A DNA stretch of 63,743 bases, counting the filler, from Octopus bimaculoides (taxonomy: Eukaryota): NCBI RefSeq assembly GCF_001194135.2. It is 6 parts of 6 records of this genome, joined end to end, with 100 filler letters (N's around TTAATTAATTAA, not from the genome) between each part and the next. Parts side by side here need not be neighbours in the genome. Positions count along the whole stretch, not along the records: positions 20,378 to 42,334 come from NC_069004.1; positions 42,435 to 57,097 come from NC_068982.1; 4 more parts are not named here. The stretch is one strand, 5' to 3'. Under the pieces are notes generated by a model. It made no database searches, was not told the origin of the DNA, and saw only the letters and a program-made list of their open reading frames with translations. Made by a program: the position numbers and the translations under genes. Shown piece after piece: positions 38,592-50,795 of this stretch (the stretch's first letter is position 1; the number at the start of each line of letters is the position of its first letter).

Positions 38592-38869
38592 GAATGAGTA
38601 CCGATTTCCAAACGGTGTTGGGTTTAATAGCACCTGAGTGAAAAGATTGCGCGCAAGGGAGGTAAACTGTCCCGAAAGTGATGCAATTAGGGGTGATATG
38701 ATTGATAGAATATGAACCGTATATGGGATATATGAGGATTAGTGGCATTACTGGTATTAGTAGGGTTAGTATTGTATTGTATTAAATTGTGTTATGTTGT
38801 GGTTGATATTTATCAATGAAAGTTGCCTGTTTATTTAGTTTTTTCTGCCCTGAGGTGTCATGGGAACAT

Positions 38870-39720
38870 TGATAAAAAGGGAAGATTCGCAGTCAATGGA
38901 GCAGTTTGAGTTCCCATTGTAATTCCACATTGTCGATAGTAAACTATATAGAACATGACATAAATATTGTGTCAAATATGCATCATATATATTTCATGAT
39001 ATGTATTACAAAAATAAGAAGGATGTGAAAGAGAGCTTGAATCCTGTTAAAGATTCTTAAAGGATATTAAAATGCAGTTTCGTTAAGATAAATGTTCATA
39101 TGCGGTTATAAAAAATTAGAAAACATTAGAAAGCAGTTAAACAAGATCACTATAAAAAACCTGATAATTTCTCCATTATCAGATGAATAATGCTACACAC
39201 GAGGTAGAGGATGGCGAGAAATGTGTGTAAATATATTCTGTCGTTGGGGTTGTAGCAAAGAATAAGAAACTAGAAAATAATCCTTCGGATTAAATAATAT
39301 CTGAAACGCTGAGCCTTCTGCATGCATTAAATTAGGCTCGAAACAAAGACGCTGTAATGTTCCTCGTACTAAACTTTCGGATAGAGGATTAGATGACCCG
39401 GTGTCTTGAGATTGAAACCCCAAAGCCGTTAATCTCAGGGAATCTCCACATCATTAATGATATTAATCGCCTAAAGTGAAGAATACGGAAGCAAAAGCTT
39501 AACATTGATTCAAAGAGCCTTTGACTAACACATCATATCCTTTTGGCAGCGTCTTTTAATCAAACGTCGAAAATCCTCTCTGGATCACGTATATATTCAT
39601 GAGGTAAACAGCATCAAGGGAGTTGCGAACGATCCTACTGGAAAGTCTTCTGAAAGTGGAAGTCAAGCAAATCTTCCGGAACAGAATATCAAAGGGAAGG
39701 ATTTCAGTTTATCAGCAGAA
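38870..39720 (+). mobile_element. R4/Dong-like LINE RT remnants
   Basis: KNKKDVKESLNPVKDS...IKMQF.DKCSY-like segment; heavily decayed. Confidence 0.45.
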
Positions 39721-40072
39721 GGTCATGCATGCTTGTTAGGAAATTTAAGAACAATACTAACACAGATGGTCAATTTTAGACCAAGAAATGCTGTATTCGC
39801 TTCCGCGCTGAAAGATGCGTATCTGCCATAGAAGAACAGGAAAAATAAAATTACCTCATCTGCATAAGTTATCGTCATAGAGGCAAAAGAGAAAAAAATC
39901 TGAGTGGAAAAGTGAAGATCAAAATATCAAAATTAAAAAAAAACGGTGACGAAGACGACATAGTTATCCGCAAAATGAAAAATTACTTCTAAATGTACTT
40001 GTGAAAACCTCAGTGAAATGTATGTACAACACAGCATAGAAACTAATATGGGAGAGAGAAAAGATGTTCTGT

Positions 40073-41045
40073 CTATTTTGGGGAATTAGTTGCGCAACAA
40101 ATGTCTGGATAACTTTAAAAGAAAAGTAAAGAAACGTATGTATCTAGCTAACAAGACGTCTGCAGAAGCAGCCGTTTACCTATAGCTATTTATGAATACC
40201 GGTGTTCATTAGACTATTCGGAAAGCTCATTTATCTTCTTGAGTGGAGCCGAAGACCGTCAGAACAGCTGTGAAGGATGAGTTGGGCCTCAGGTCCTACA
40301 ACTGGACACTGAGACACCTGCTCACAAACCCTATGAAGATAAGGAGCCTGCAGTGGTGCAAAAAGGTTTTCGCATATGTCAAGAAGATCAGGTCCACCCT
40401 GAAAATTTTCTCTGACGACAGGATCTTCACAGTGGATGCAGAAACTACCGGTGCATTACAAAGTCAACAACTGACGTCAGAGGCAATTTCATAACAAAAC
40501 ATCCCATCCAGGTCATGGTCTTCGTGTTGTGGCCGGAAGAATGATACCCATCTACTTCTACACGCCGGAGAAAATATGGGTTCTGACGCCTACTACAAGA
40601 TGCTGATGTACCATATCTTACAATGGCACAAGGCGAACTACCTGCAGGGCAGCTACGTGTTGACCCAGGATGGTGCTCCCACCCATACTGCCAAGAAAGC
40701 TCAGAATATCTACAAATCTAACTGTGCTGCTTTCTGGCTTGCATACTTCTGTCGCTGTTCCAGACCCGATCTCAACTCTCTGGATTATGCCAACATCAAC
40801 ATGCTGAAGGCTGCCATTAATGAGGAGTGGGCCAGGATGTCCAGTGACTTCGTGGTGAAGAGTTATTTGCTGTTCCGGGGCCATGCGGAGGCAGTAATTG
40901 CCAACAATGGAAGCCACATAGAAAAAAACAATAAATATATGTAAATGTTATTAACAACGAATTTTTGAATTACGAAACCCCATCAATACGCAATGAGAGA
41001 GTTTCAAATGTAACAGCAATTTTGCAACTTTTGCTTCCCCACATT
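40073..41045 (+). mobile_element. maT (DD37D) transposon, decayed
   Basis: IFSDDRIFTVDA; QDGAPTHTAKK...RPDLNSLDY with exactly 37 residues between the second and third Asp; imperfect TGGGGAA...AGTTGC TIRs. Confidence 0.85.
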
Positions 41046-41345
41046 CTATATATTATATTATATCATATATATATATCTATATATATGTATATATATAGAG
41101 AGAGATATTAATACAAACACACACTCCTTTATCAGACAGCTATATGTTTGTATATATATTGATCACTGAGTATTAAAATTTTTACATGAATGCATATTAC
41201 CCTCTTCCTCTGCTTCTATCCATGTCTCTATCTTTCCCTCTCACCCTCCCTTTCACTCCCTTTCTTCTCTTCGCGCTTTTTTGCTCATTCTTTCACTTTC
41301 GCTTTCGCTTTAAACCCGCTTAGAACCTCTCACTTTCTGTCCCTG

Positions 41346-41400
<55 letters not shown>

Positions 41401-41742
41401 TCCAGAGTATTCTTATCCCTTTTCCCCTCTGTTTATATTATATTTCGATTGAACAGATTATGTATGAAATGCATAAACAGGAAAGCCGAACACATTGTTA
41501 TTGAAAAGCTGCATTGCATTAAAAGCAATAAGAATATGCATGTGTGCATATCAATTTAAAAACCTGCTTTTTCACCTCAGCAGTAACACTTTTACAAATA
41601 CAATTCAATTTAGAAAATCATAAAAGCTTCACCGAAGTTACTCTGTCTTGTATTGTAGAAGCTACATACCATACAAACTATATTAACGACCACCGACAGC
41701 CCTGATGTATTGAACTTTAAATCAATCAATGACTTCATCTCC

Positions 41743-41804
<62 letters not shown>

Positions 41805-42300
41805 GCATACCTACCTACCCTTGTGTATATCTCTACATTTCTAACGATCATGTTCTCTCAAACTCTCTGTCTATCTGTCTATCTGTCTGTCTGTCTCTCT
41901 CGTTCTCTTCTCTGTATCAATCTTTATGTATATATGTATATATACACACACACACACATATATAAATATAGATATTCATACGTTCAAGCCAAAACGGACA
42001 GGCACATATATACGTGAAGACACTGCTTAGATAAACCGATGAATGCTTAGGCACATAGAATGATAGACTAATCGACAGATAATTGAATCATAATTAGAGC
42101 GGTAGATAAATGTAACCTAAATGCCATGTATTAAATGAACAAACAGATAGGGATATATATATACATAAATACCAAAGCAGTCGTCTGTTGGTGATGTAAT
42201 AACGCATTATACAAAGTGAGAACGCAGGCCTCAATTAATACCTACCTACATAAATACATACTTACATACACTTCTCCATAATTGCACACGCACATATCTA

Positions 42301-42334
<34 letters not shown>

Positions 42335-42459
42335 NNNNNNNNNNNNNNNNNNNNNNNNNNNNNNNNNNNNNNNNNNNNTTAATTAATTAANNNNNNNNNN
42401 NNNNNNNNNNNNNNNNNNNNNNNNNNNNNNNNNNTATAACGCTCGAGAAGTGAAAAAGT

Positions 42460-42496
42460 ATTTAACGTTTCGAGCCTACGCTCTTCCACACAAAGG
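42460..42496 (-). ncRNA. Degenerate hammerhead-like motif, same family as 5713-5749
   Basis: Reverse complement CUUU-GUGUGGA-A-GAGC-GUAG-GCUC-GAAAC-GUU-AAAU. Confidence 0.45.
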
Positions 42497-42552
42497 AACA
42501 CAGAACGAAAAAAGTGGCTAGTGATCTATCATGGCGAATGCCGGACAGAAGG

Positions 42553-42720
42553 GTCAAGCGTGGCTTTGTGGTAAGAAGCTTCCTTCCCAACCACATGGTT
42601 CCGGGTTCAGTCCAGCTGCGTGGCACCTTCGGAAAACTTTTCTTCTGCTATAGCCTTGGGCCGACCAAAGCCTCCTAAGTGGATTTGGTAAAAACAAACT
42701 GAAAGAAGCCAGTCGTGTAT
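42553..42720 (+). mobile_element. SINE family A head
   Basis: GTGGTAAGAAGCTTCCTTCCCAACCACATGGTTCCGGGTTCAGTCC. Confidence 0.8.
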
Positions 42721-42873
42721 CGGGAACTGATGAGGCCTACCGGCGCGAATATTTTCACACATGCGCAGGAAAGGTGGCTCCACCTTACACTCGAAGTATT
42801 TTTCTCACGCGGCATTAGTTTTGGTAGCAAAAAAATAAGTAGGATACTCTTTTGTATGCACCTCGTGTGTTTC

Positions 42874-42909
<36 letters not shown>

Positions 42910-43054
42910 TATTAAACACACACATACTTAATTATTATTAAAGCTGCGAAATCATCACAATTTCCTGCTTTAATAATAATAAAGCATATTGCTCTATCTC
43001 CGGTATTTGAGTACTATTTTTTCCCACCTTGTTTCACATTTATATGCTTACTTT

Positions 43055-43091
<37 letters not shown>

Positions 43092-43529
43092 TCATAGATA
43101 GACAGATAGACAGGTAAATAGGCAGACAGGCTGACAAATAGAAAACGAATAAACATCAACTGATGTTCCATTGAGAATCGTCTCTTACATACATTTTGAA
43201 ATATGATAAGCTGATTATTTTATGGACAGATGCGTATAGAAAATTACGATGTCCATGCCCCTTGCATAGTTGGCTGGTGAAAAAAACTGTGCTAAGTTCC
43301 ATTATAAAGCTAAGAACGGCAGAGATTAGATAGACATGTCGACTATAGTATTTACTAGAGCGCCAATCACTTATTCATTTTCCTGTATAAAATGCCAATA
43401 TCCAAATATCATTGTTTTAAATCATATGTGTTACGGATAAATGAATGAGATTGTGTATAAAATATAGTTGACTAATATATGTGTCAGACATCAGTATTCG
43501 AAATGTTTGCAATACTTGACAGCACTCTG

Positions 43530-44220
43530 ATATTGGTTTCAAATTTCGAGGCAGGTGATAAGATGCTTACATCGATCCCACGAGCTATGGCGGCGAGCTG
43601 GCATTCCAGGGACTCCAGGCACCCCTATCAAAACGCTTAGGGATATTTCATTCGGGTTTACATTCTGAGTTTAAATTCCGCTGTGGTTGACTTTGACTTT
43701 CATCTTTTCGGGATCGGTAAAATAAGTACCAGTTAACCCCCCACCACCGCCGAAATTGCTGACTTTGTGCCAAAATTTGAAAGTAACATTACCAGACACC
43801 ACAGTGGTGAGCTGGTAGAAACTTTAGCACGCCGGGCAAAATGCTCAATGGTATTTTGTCTGTCTTTACTTTCTGAGTTTAAATTCCGCCGAGATCAACT
43901 TTGTCTTTGATAAAGTAAGTAGCAGTTACCCCTATCAGAAATTGCTGGCCTTGTGTCAAAGCTTGAAACCAATATTAAAAATTCTGCGGAATTTGAATTC
44001 AGAACGTAACGACAAACGAAATGCTATTAAATGTTTTGCCTGACGATTGACCTGTTCGCCGCTTTAGCTTTCACAAGCATTGGCTTCAAATTTTGGCACA
44101 AGTTCCAGCAATTTCGGTGTGGAGTTAAGTTTATTGCATTGACCCTAGTGTTCAACTGATACTTATTTTATCGACCCCGAATGGATAAGTCGACCACGGC
44201 AAAATTTGAACTCTGAACCT
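43530..44220. mobile_element. Cluster of older family B SINE fragments on both strands
   Basis: Several GGCGAGCTGG / GAGTTTAAATTCCGC / GACTTTCATC motifs at 43585, 43805, 43985 and 44085. Confidence 0.7.
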
Positions 44221-44221
44221 A

Positions 44222-45024
44222 AATTTTGGGGGAGGGGACCAGTCGATTAGATCGACCCCAGTATGCAACTGGTACTTAATTTATTGACACCGAAAGGATG
44301 AAAGGCAAAGTCGACCTCGGTGGAATTTGAACTCAGAATGTAACGACAGATGAATTACCGCTAAGCATTTCACTCAGCATGCTAAGGGTTCTTATTTCTT
44401 TACTGCCCACAAGGGGCTAAACATAGAAGGGACAAACAAGGACAGACAAAGGGATTAGGTCGATTATATCGACCCCAGTGCGTAACTGGTACTTAATTTA
44501 TCGACACCCAAAGGATAAAAGGCAAAGTCGACTTCGGCGGAATTTGAACTCAGAACGTAACGATAGACGAAATACCTATTTCGTTACTGCCCACAAGGGG
44601 CTACACACAGAGGGGACAAACAAGGACAGGCTAACGGATTAAGTCGATTATATCGACCCCAGTGCGTAACTGGTACTTAATTTATCGACACCCAAAGGAT
44701 AAAAGGCAAAGTCGACCTCGGCGGAATTTGAACTCAGAACGTAACGATAGACGAAATACCGCTAAGCATTTCACCCAGCATGCTAACGATTCTTATTTCT
44801 TTACCGCCCACAAGGGGCTACACATAGAGGGGACAAACAAAGACAGAAAAACGGATTAAGTTGATTATATCGATCCCAGTGCGTAACTAGTACTTATTTA
44901 GTCGACCCAGAAAAGATGAAAGGCAAAGTCGACCTCGGCGGAATTTGAACTCAGAACGTAAAGACAGACGAAATAACGCTAAGCATTTAGCCCAGCGTGC
45001 TAACGATTCTGCCAGCTCGCCGCC
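44222..45024 (-). repeat. Head-to-tail tandem array of four MetaSINE-like (family B) copies
   Basis: Units at about 44222-44391, 44392-44576, 44577-44793 and 44790-45024; only the last has a complete head. Confidence 0.9.
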
Positions 45025-45420
45025 TTAGCTTTTTACATATATTACTAAGGCGCTAACTTAGACATACCGCTGGCTTCGAATAACACAGTAGGAACGGGAT
45101 TACTACATTTTGTCTTGCATATTTAAATGCACATTCAAATATGTGATAATTCATTTTATAATTCAATTAACCTAGAATGAAGTAATCAATATGTACAAAA
45201 TGCTAAGTTAATTAGCAATAACAATTGATAATAATTCACTCAGAACAGCGAGAAACCAAGCAATAAAGCATTGATTCAGATTCGAACACGAATTACTGAT
45301 CATCACCGGAGAACACTTCCTCCCTTCGTATGCTGGTAACACATGCAATTCAGCAGTGTAAGTGAACTTTGATGGAAAACATTGATGGAAAAGAAAAAGG
45401 ATAAAAGTTATTACAGTTTG

Positions 45421-45513
45421 CGCCCACAGGGGGACTTGAACCCGCGACCCTCAGATTCCTTTGCTTGCTTTTAATTTAAAAGTCTGATGCTCTACCGACT
45501 GAGCTATGTGGGC
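45421..45513 (-). tRNA. trnK-UUU: tRNA-Lys(UUU) with a 20-nt canonical-position intron (45457-45476)
   Basis: 73-nt cloverleaf after intron removal; perfect acceptor stem GCCCACA/UGUGGGC; D and anticodon arms identical to vertebrate Lys-TTT; intron after A37; TTTT terminator about 15 nt downstream. One C50-C64 mismatch in the T stem. Confidence 0.92.
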
Positions 45514-46399
45514 AGCTGTAATAAACTCTCTTTGTATGCCATATAATGCTTAGATGATGCTTGGGTGACTAGTTTAATTATGGAAGTGTGTATCATTGCT
45601 GATTTTTAAAGAGGTGTAGCCAGAGGAAGCTTTTAAGGAAGTGAGAGAGGAGAGGTGGTAAGTGGCTTCTCTTTATACCAGTCTATACTAGTGTGTGTGA
45701 ATATACACATATATCTAGGAGTATGTGTATGTGTAGGAAAAAGACATTTCTTTCTGTAAAGATACGCTTTGTGTCGGCGATGTAAATATGTATGAATGGA
45801 TGTATGTAGGTAGGTATGGATGCATGTATGTATGTATGTATCTTTTATGTAGTGAGTTCAAACAAGAAAAACGACAAAAAAAAAACAACAAAAAACAACA
45901 ACGCGAGGACGTGATACAGATATTGTGTTACTGGACGCTCTTGCATATCTAGACATGCTCATATATATATTTAAATGATAAAGTTTTACAGAATTTTACA
46001 TTTCTAGTGATGGATTGGATCTGTAGTCTTTGAATTAGTTTACTCGTTTGAAGCTTTCCTTCAAGTAAGATTCTAGTTTCTAACAAAGATGAAAAGTTCT
46101 ATCACTGGAATGTTGATAACAAAACTAATGTCACATGAGAGGTAGGCCCCTAAACAGAGCGCTTTCTCTCTTGATGACCCCATACACTTGCTGGCTTTCG
46201 ACTGCTACCACTTGCATGTACAAGTTGTTTGCAAAACATGAACTTAGAAAAGTCTTGTATACTTTTACTGTTCCGCTAGTAGATTATATATACAATGTGT
46301 GTGTTAGCTGGTTGATTTCTTTTTCTGAAAAGCCTAGCTTATCCAGATTATCCCTTTTGCTAATAATAAAAAAAAACAAGAGCACCAATTATTATTTGT

Positions 46400-48100
46400 A
46401 TGCAAAGGCATATATAATTGGGACATAGTACCTGAAGGTTTCGAAGCAGCTCTCCGTAGTTAGCTTCTGTCTCTCTTTCATTTCACGGTACATACATTTT
46501 CTTATTTTCCCCAAACAACTATATCTGATTAGTTGCGTTTGCCCTTGGTAGAGATTCTGAAGGAAATGTTTTACCAATGTTACTTGAGTTGATGTTTATG
46601 TGAGCCTTTAATATCCCAAATGTTGTTTTCAGCAAATGTACAGCAAATACTTTGTGAGATATTTGTCTTGTAGTAAGAGAAGAGTTCCGAATGCCGCAAT
46701 TTTTCTAGGACTAGTGCAATATTCTCGGGTCATTTTATCTTTTTTCATAACACCTTCATGTGATGTTTTCTTCAATGCCAAGACATATATAAACATTTTT
46801 TGTGCAAAAGGAGAAATAGTTAGATCCTTGATGCGCAGGTTCGAGATTTAGGGGACTGATTTTTCTACGGTCAACGACCAAATGCGAACAACTCTTTTGG
46901 CCAAGTTCCATTATATGTCAGCTGAAAATGTTAATTACTCCAGCTGCTCTTTGGTATTGTTAACATTTTCAGCATAAATCTTCAGGTCACCTACAAAGAT
47001 ATCATGGATAACACTAATATCTCTAGAAGTTGCAGACACTAGTATGTAGCCATTTGATTTTTGCAGCAAGGATGATGGATTTAATGCCGAATTGAAAAAA
47101 ATTACAGAAAAACTATCCCATTGGAATAATGCCTTTGGAATATTTATTATATTGGAGATTATCGATCCACTCATAGTTGTTGCCCAGGTCTTTGTGAACC
47201 TTTCAGATGCAGCAATTAACTCAGCAGAGACAGTCGCCAAATGCAGAGACTTCGCAACTACGAGTGGGAAATACAGTTGACTGCATTTCTATAATCAAGT
47301 TCTAATATCACAAGATTTCTGCGGTGTTTTCTTACTTCGGACAGCACAGCTTTGTTACACTCCTTTCTTTCTGCCTGTCTGCTCATCAGTCACTATGTTT
47401 ATCGACCCTCAATGATCGTGGAAGAATTAGCTGAGACATATTTTTGCAAAGCTGGACATAACATAAAGTAAGCATCAAGCCTATCGTGTTCTACCAACTC
47501 AATGATTTCATTCTTGGCTACACGATTTGTCTGTTATGTTAATTTGGCCTTCCATCGTTCTTTTGAATATGAATATTAATGGTTTTCTGTAAAATGTCAG
47601 CCTTTTGTACCAATATTCAACTATTAGATTTCTCCTCATTATGTAGTTTGCCTACAGCCAACGAGAAAATTTCAGTGTAGATTGCGTGTTTTGCGATCAA
47701 TGTTGGTACAATATACTTTTCTAACTGTATTTATTCACGATGCATTAAACCTGCAGTTTCACATGATTATCTGTTATTTCGCTTCCGTCTGTCACTAGGT
47801 ACTAGTTACAGGTATTCAAAGGGTGGCACCCTTGTTGTACAAGACTTTATCACTACAACCAAATGATGTACAGATGTCTTTTTACAGTAACCTCATTTCT
47901 CGTCTCATCTAAGGCAAGTCTCATGGTGATAGAAGAGTAGCGCCGAGTGCAGAACTAATCAGTTGGAAGTGCACAGTTTCAAATCTGTGCATAGGAAGCA
48001 GGAGTCTAAATTTAACATCGCTGTTGTATCTTCTCATGACTGAGCAACCCTTTTTCAGGCGTGCAGAGCTCACTCAATTTACTGGAGACGACGAAACACA
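46400..48100 (-). mobile_element. R4/Dong-like non-LTR retrotransposon RT region, decayed
   Basis: NKAVLSEVRKHRRNLVILELDYRNAVNCIPH; KALFQWDSFSVIFFNSALNPS (GIFQGDSLS-like); HDIFVGDLKIYAEN (LYMDDLKLYA-like); YICLGIEENI. Confidence 0.75.
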
Positions 48101-48998
48101 AATGTGAGAGGTTAAACAATCGCCATTAGTTAAAAGTACTTTAAAAAAAACTTGAACATTTATTGTTGGCATAAAGCTGTTGGCTAAGTAAAGCCAAATT
48201 TATTGTGAAGATCAAGTTGTCTGTGACTTCAGGTTTCGCCTATCGGCTTTTTCAGTCATTGAAAGAAATCTACTCGTATTATTTATATATATAAATGGAG
48301 AGAAAAGCTGCGTCAAAAGAATGAGGTGTGAGTTTGGTTTTACAAATATGTTAAGAAATTCAATGAAGAAACTTTTTATTTTGTCAAAGACAGCAAACTT
48401 CGTAAATTTTTAAAGGTCGATCATGTGCTTAAAGGTCAAAAAGTATATGAAGTAGATAGATCTGTATAATGGTAAGTTAAAAGGACGGTTAGGATGGGAG
48501 TGGAGATTAGACAATAAAAAGCAAAAGAGGTGAGATGGCTTGTTTGATAGAAGGTACTTGAAAATCAGAATTGAAAACAATAGCTTAGCAAGTTCAAAGT
48601 TTCTTACAAAATGGCTGACTTTTACAATGATTTTTATTCTTAAAAATCTAATTGAGTTTTCAAATACTGGAGAAAAAAACACTTTTCACTTATTCGTAAC
48701 TGTGTTTGGTGTGCCATTTTTATATATATTTTGTGTATAGCAGAAAAGAACTGTATGAATGCATTTTATATTCACAACAACATTCTCGGTTGTGGTTAAT
48801 ATATATTTGAATTAAAGCCCGAAACATTACGGTTTGTTGGTCCTGTCAAATCGCTAGATGGTAGGGGTTCGCTCCGCTGCTTACAATATATGTCGGGTGG
48901 AGATTGCATCGTTAACCAGCTAAAGGAGCCTTCTTCTTTGGGTTAAAAATAGTATTTAACGTCGGCTCCTACGGAACAGCCATGTTGAAGTGGCGAGA

Positions 48999-49044
48999 AA
49001 CATTACGTTTCGGCTCATATACCTTCCAGCTTTCACCAGGTGTT
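48999..49044 (-). ncRNA. Type I minimal hammerhead motif (core mutated to CUGGUGA; GUA triplet)
   Basis: AACAC-CUGGUGA-AAGCU...AGCC-GAAAC-GUA-AUGUU. Confidence 0.55.
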
Positions 49045-49117
49045 TTGAGGGAAATTTCGGACCGGGATTCTCATTCCTAAGGTATTTTGCGATGTATATT
49101 ATTATTATTATTATTAT

Positions 49118-49192
49118 TCAGGTCACTGCCTGGAATCGAACTCGGAATCTGGGGGTTAGTAGCCCGCGTTCTTAACCACTACGCCATATGCC
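49118..49192 (-). mobile_element. tRNA-derived Pol III head (A box TGGCGTAGTGG, B box GAGTTCGATTCC) followed by (TAA)n
   Basis: Reverse complement GGCATATGGCGTAGTGGTTAAGAACGCGGGCTACTAACCCCCAGATTCCGAGTTCGATTCCAGGCAGTGACCTGAATAATAAT; T stem imperfect, so not a true tRNA. Confidence 0.8.
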
Positions 49193-49344
49193 ACCTACAC
49201 TTTTCTCTGCAAAATAGGGGTAGTTTATCCTGTTCAGGTTATATTATTAGCATTATTCTGCGATTGAGAATTTAAAATCACTTCTTTAACTTTTTAAGAC
49301 ATCTCGACGCTTCTAAAAGCAAACATCGTTTGTTTATTTACGTT

Positions 49345-49628
<284 letters not shown>

Positions 49629-49679
49629 TACATCGAAAAATACCTTAGGAATGAGAAACCAGGTTCGAAATTTCCCCAA

Positions 49680-49725
49680 GACGCCTGAAGAAGGCTAGAG
49701 GGTATATCAGCCGAAACGTTGTGTT
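49680..49725 (+). ncRNA. Type I minimal hammerhead ribozyme motif (CUGAAGA core, GUU triplet)
   Basis: Stem I GACGC/GUGUU; CUGAAGA at 49685-49691 plus an extra A; stem II GGCU/AGCC; GAAA at 49713-49716; AC/GU palindromic stem III. Confidence 0.7.
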
Positions 49726-50559
49726 AACAAGAAACAAGATGAGGACAAATATCCTTCAAATGTAAATAATGTACATAAGTCTTCATCTCTTAAATATAGA
49801 ACTGTATAACCAAAACTATACAAAAATTATATAATTTTATAACATTGCTTCATAAAATTATATGATTAAAAATAATTATATAATCTTGTAATAATTCTGC
49901 TTGTTCCACCATTACGTAGCCCCTCAAAGCTTCCACGTTATTAGCTGAAAGGGGGAGAGGAGGGATTAATGGGAGGGAGAGGTGGTGGTGAGTGAAATGT
50001 GTAACTTTTTTTAACTAGGTTTTCTTTTCTCCGTTACTTAGCCCGTCTACAACGCTTTCACGAGATTAGCTGAAGAGAACACGAAGAACAAAAAAAACAT
50101 GAAGAGAAAAAATAGGGTAAGGCGAAGAGTGAAAGAGAAAGAGGGAGAGTGCTGTGCATTAAGTCTATAAAATTGTGCATAAAGTGTATATAGAAAGTGC
50201 ATTAAGCAATCATTAGATTCCAATTTCTTTCACTATTCAATGAATAACAGATAAGTGACTATCTTTCCATACAGACACAATGCAGGCTACGCTTTCAGGT
50301 TTTTTGGACTAAGTTTTCAGAAATAACCTAATGGGTTTACCAGTAAATCCGTGAAATATATACGGGTTCCCCTAGATTTTATAAATAGTATAAACTAAGT
50401 AATTATTGGGGGATTAATTATGAAAAAAGATTCATTATTTACTTTGAGTAGGTGTTATAACATAGAGTGTAAGGAGAGAGCAACAAATATGAAAATCGAA
50501 AATACGGGAGGCATGTTTAAATGTATGAGAGGTGATGGTGTTGTTGATGGCTATAAGAT

Positions 50560-50795
50560 GGACGCGAACTGTAAGGAAGCCCGTCGTGTATGTGTGTGTT
50601 TTGTGTTTGTGTGTCTTCGTGATTGCGTCCCGGTGTTGGTTGCTTACGTCACTGTAACTTAGCGGATCGGCAAACGAGAACCCACTGATTGTGTACTAAA
50701 CTTTAAAATAAATACTGGGGTCTATTTGTTCGACTAAACCCTTTTAGGTGGTGGCCCAGGATGGTCTCAATCCAATGACCGAAACAAGTAAAAGA
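50560..50795 (+). mobile_element. SINE family A (partial head, microsatellite, tail)
   Basis: GAACTGTAAGGAAGCCCGTCG-(TG)n-...GTAACTTAGCGGATCGGC...GAAACAAGTAAAAGA. Confidence 0.75.

Noticed and set aside
42722-42760. CUGAUGA-GGCC...GGCGC-GAAU
   Set aside because: No intact GAAA and stem II is out of register.
44222-45024. CRISPR-like or retrozyme-like tandem array
   Set aside because: The units are SINE copies with no unique spacers and no ribozyme core.
47355-47385. Minus-strand CUGAUGA...GAAA
   Set aside because: Lies within LINE RT coding remnants and has no stems I or III.
49118-49192. Possible tRNA-Ser(ACT) gene
   Set aside because: Acceptor and T stems are broken and it runs into (TAA)n, so it is a SINE head.
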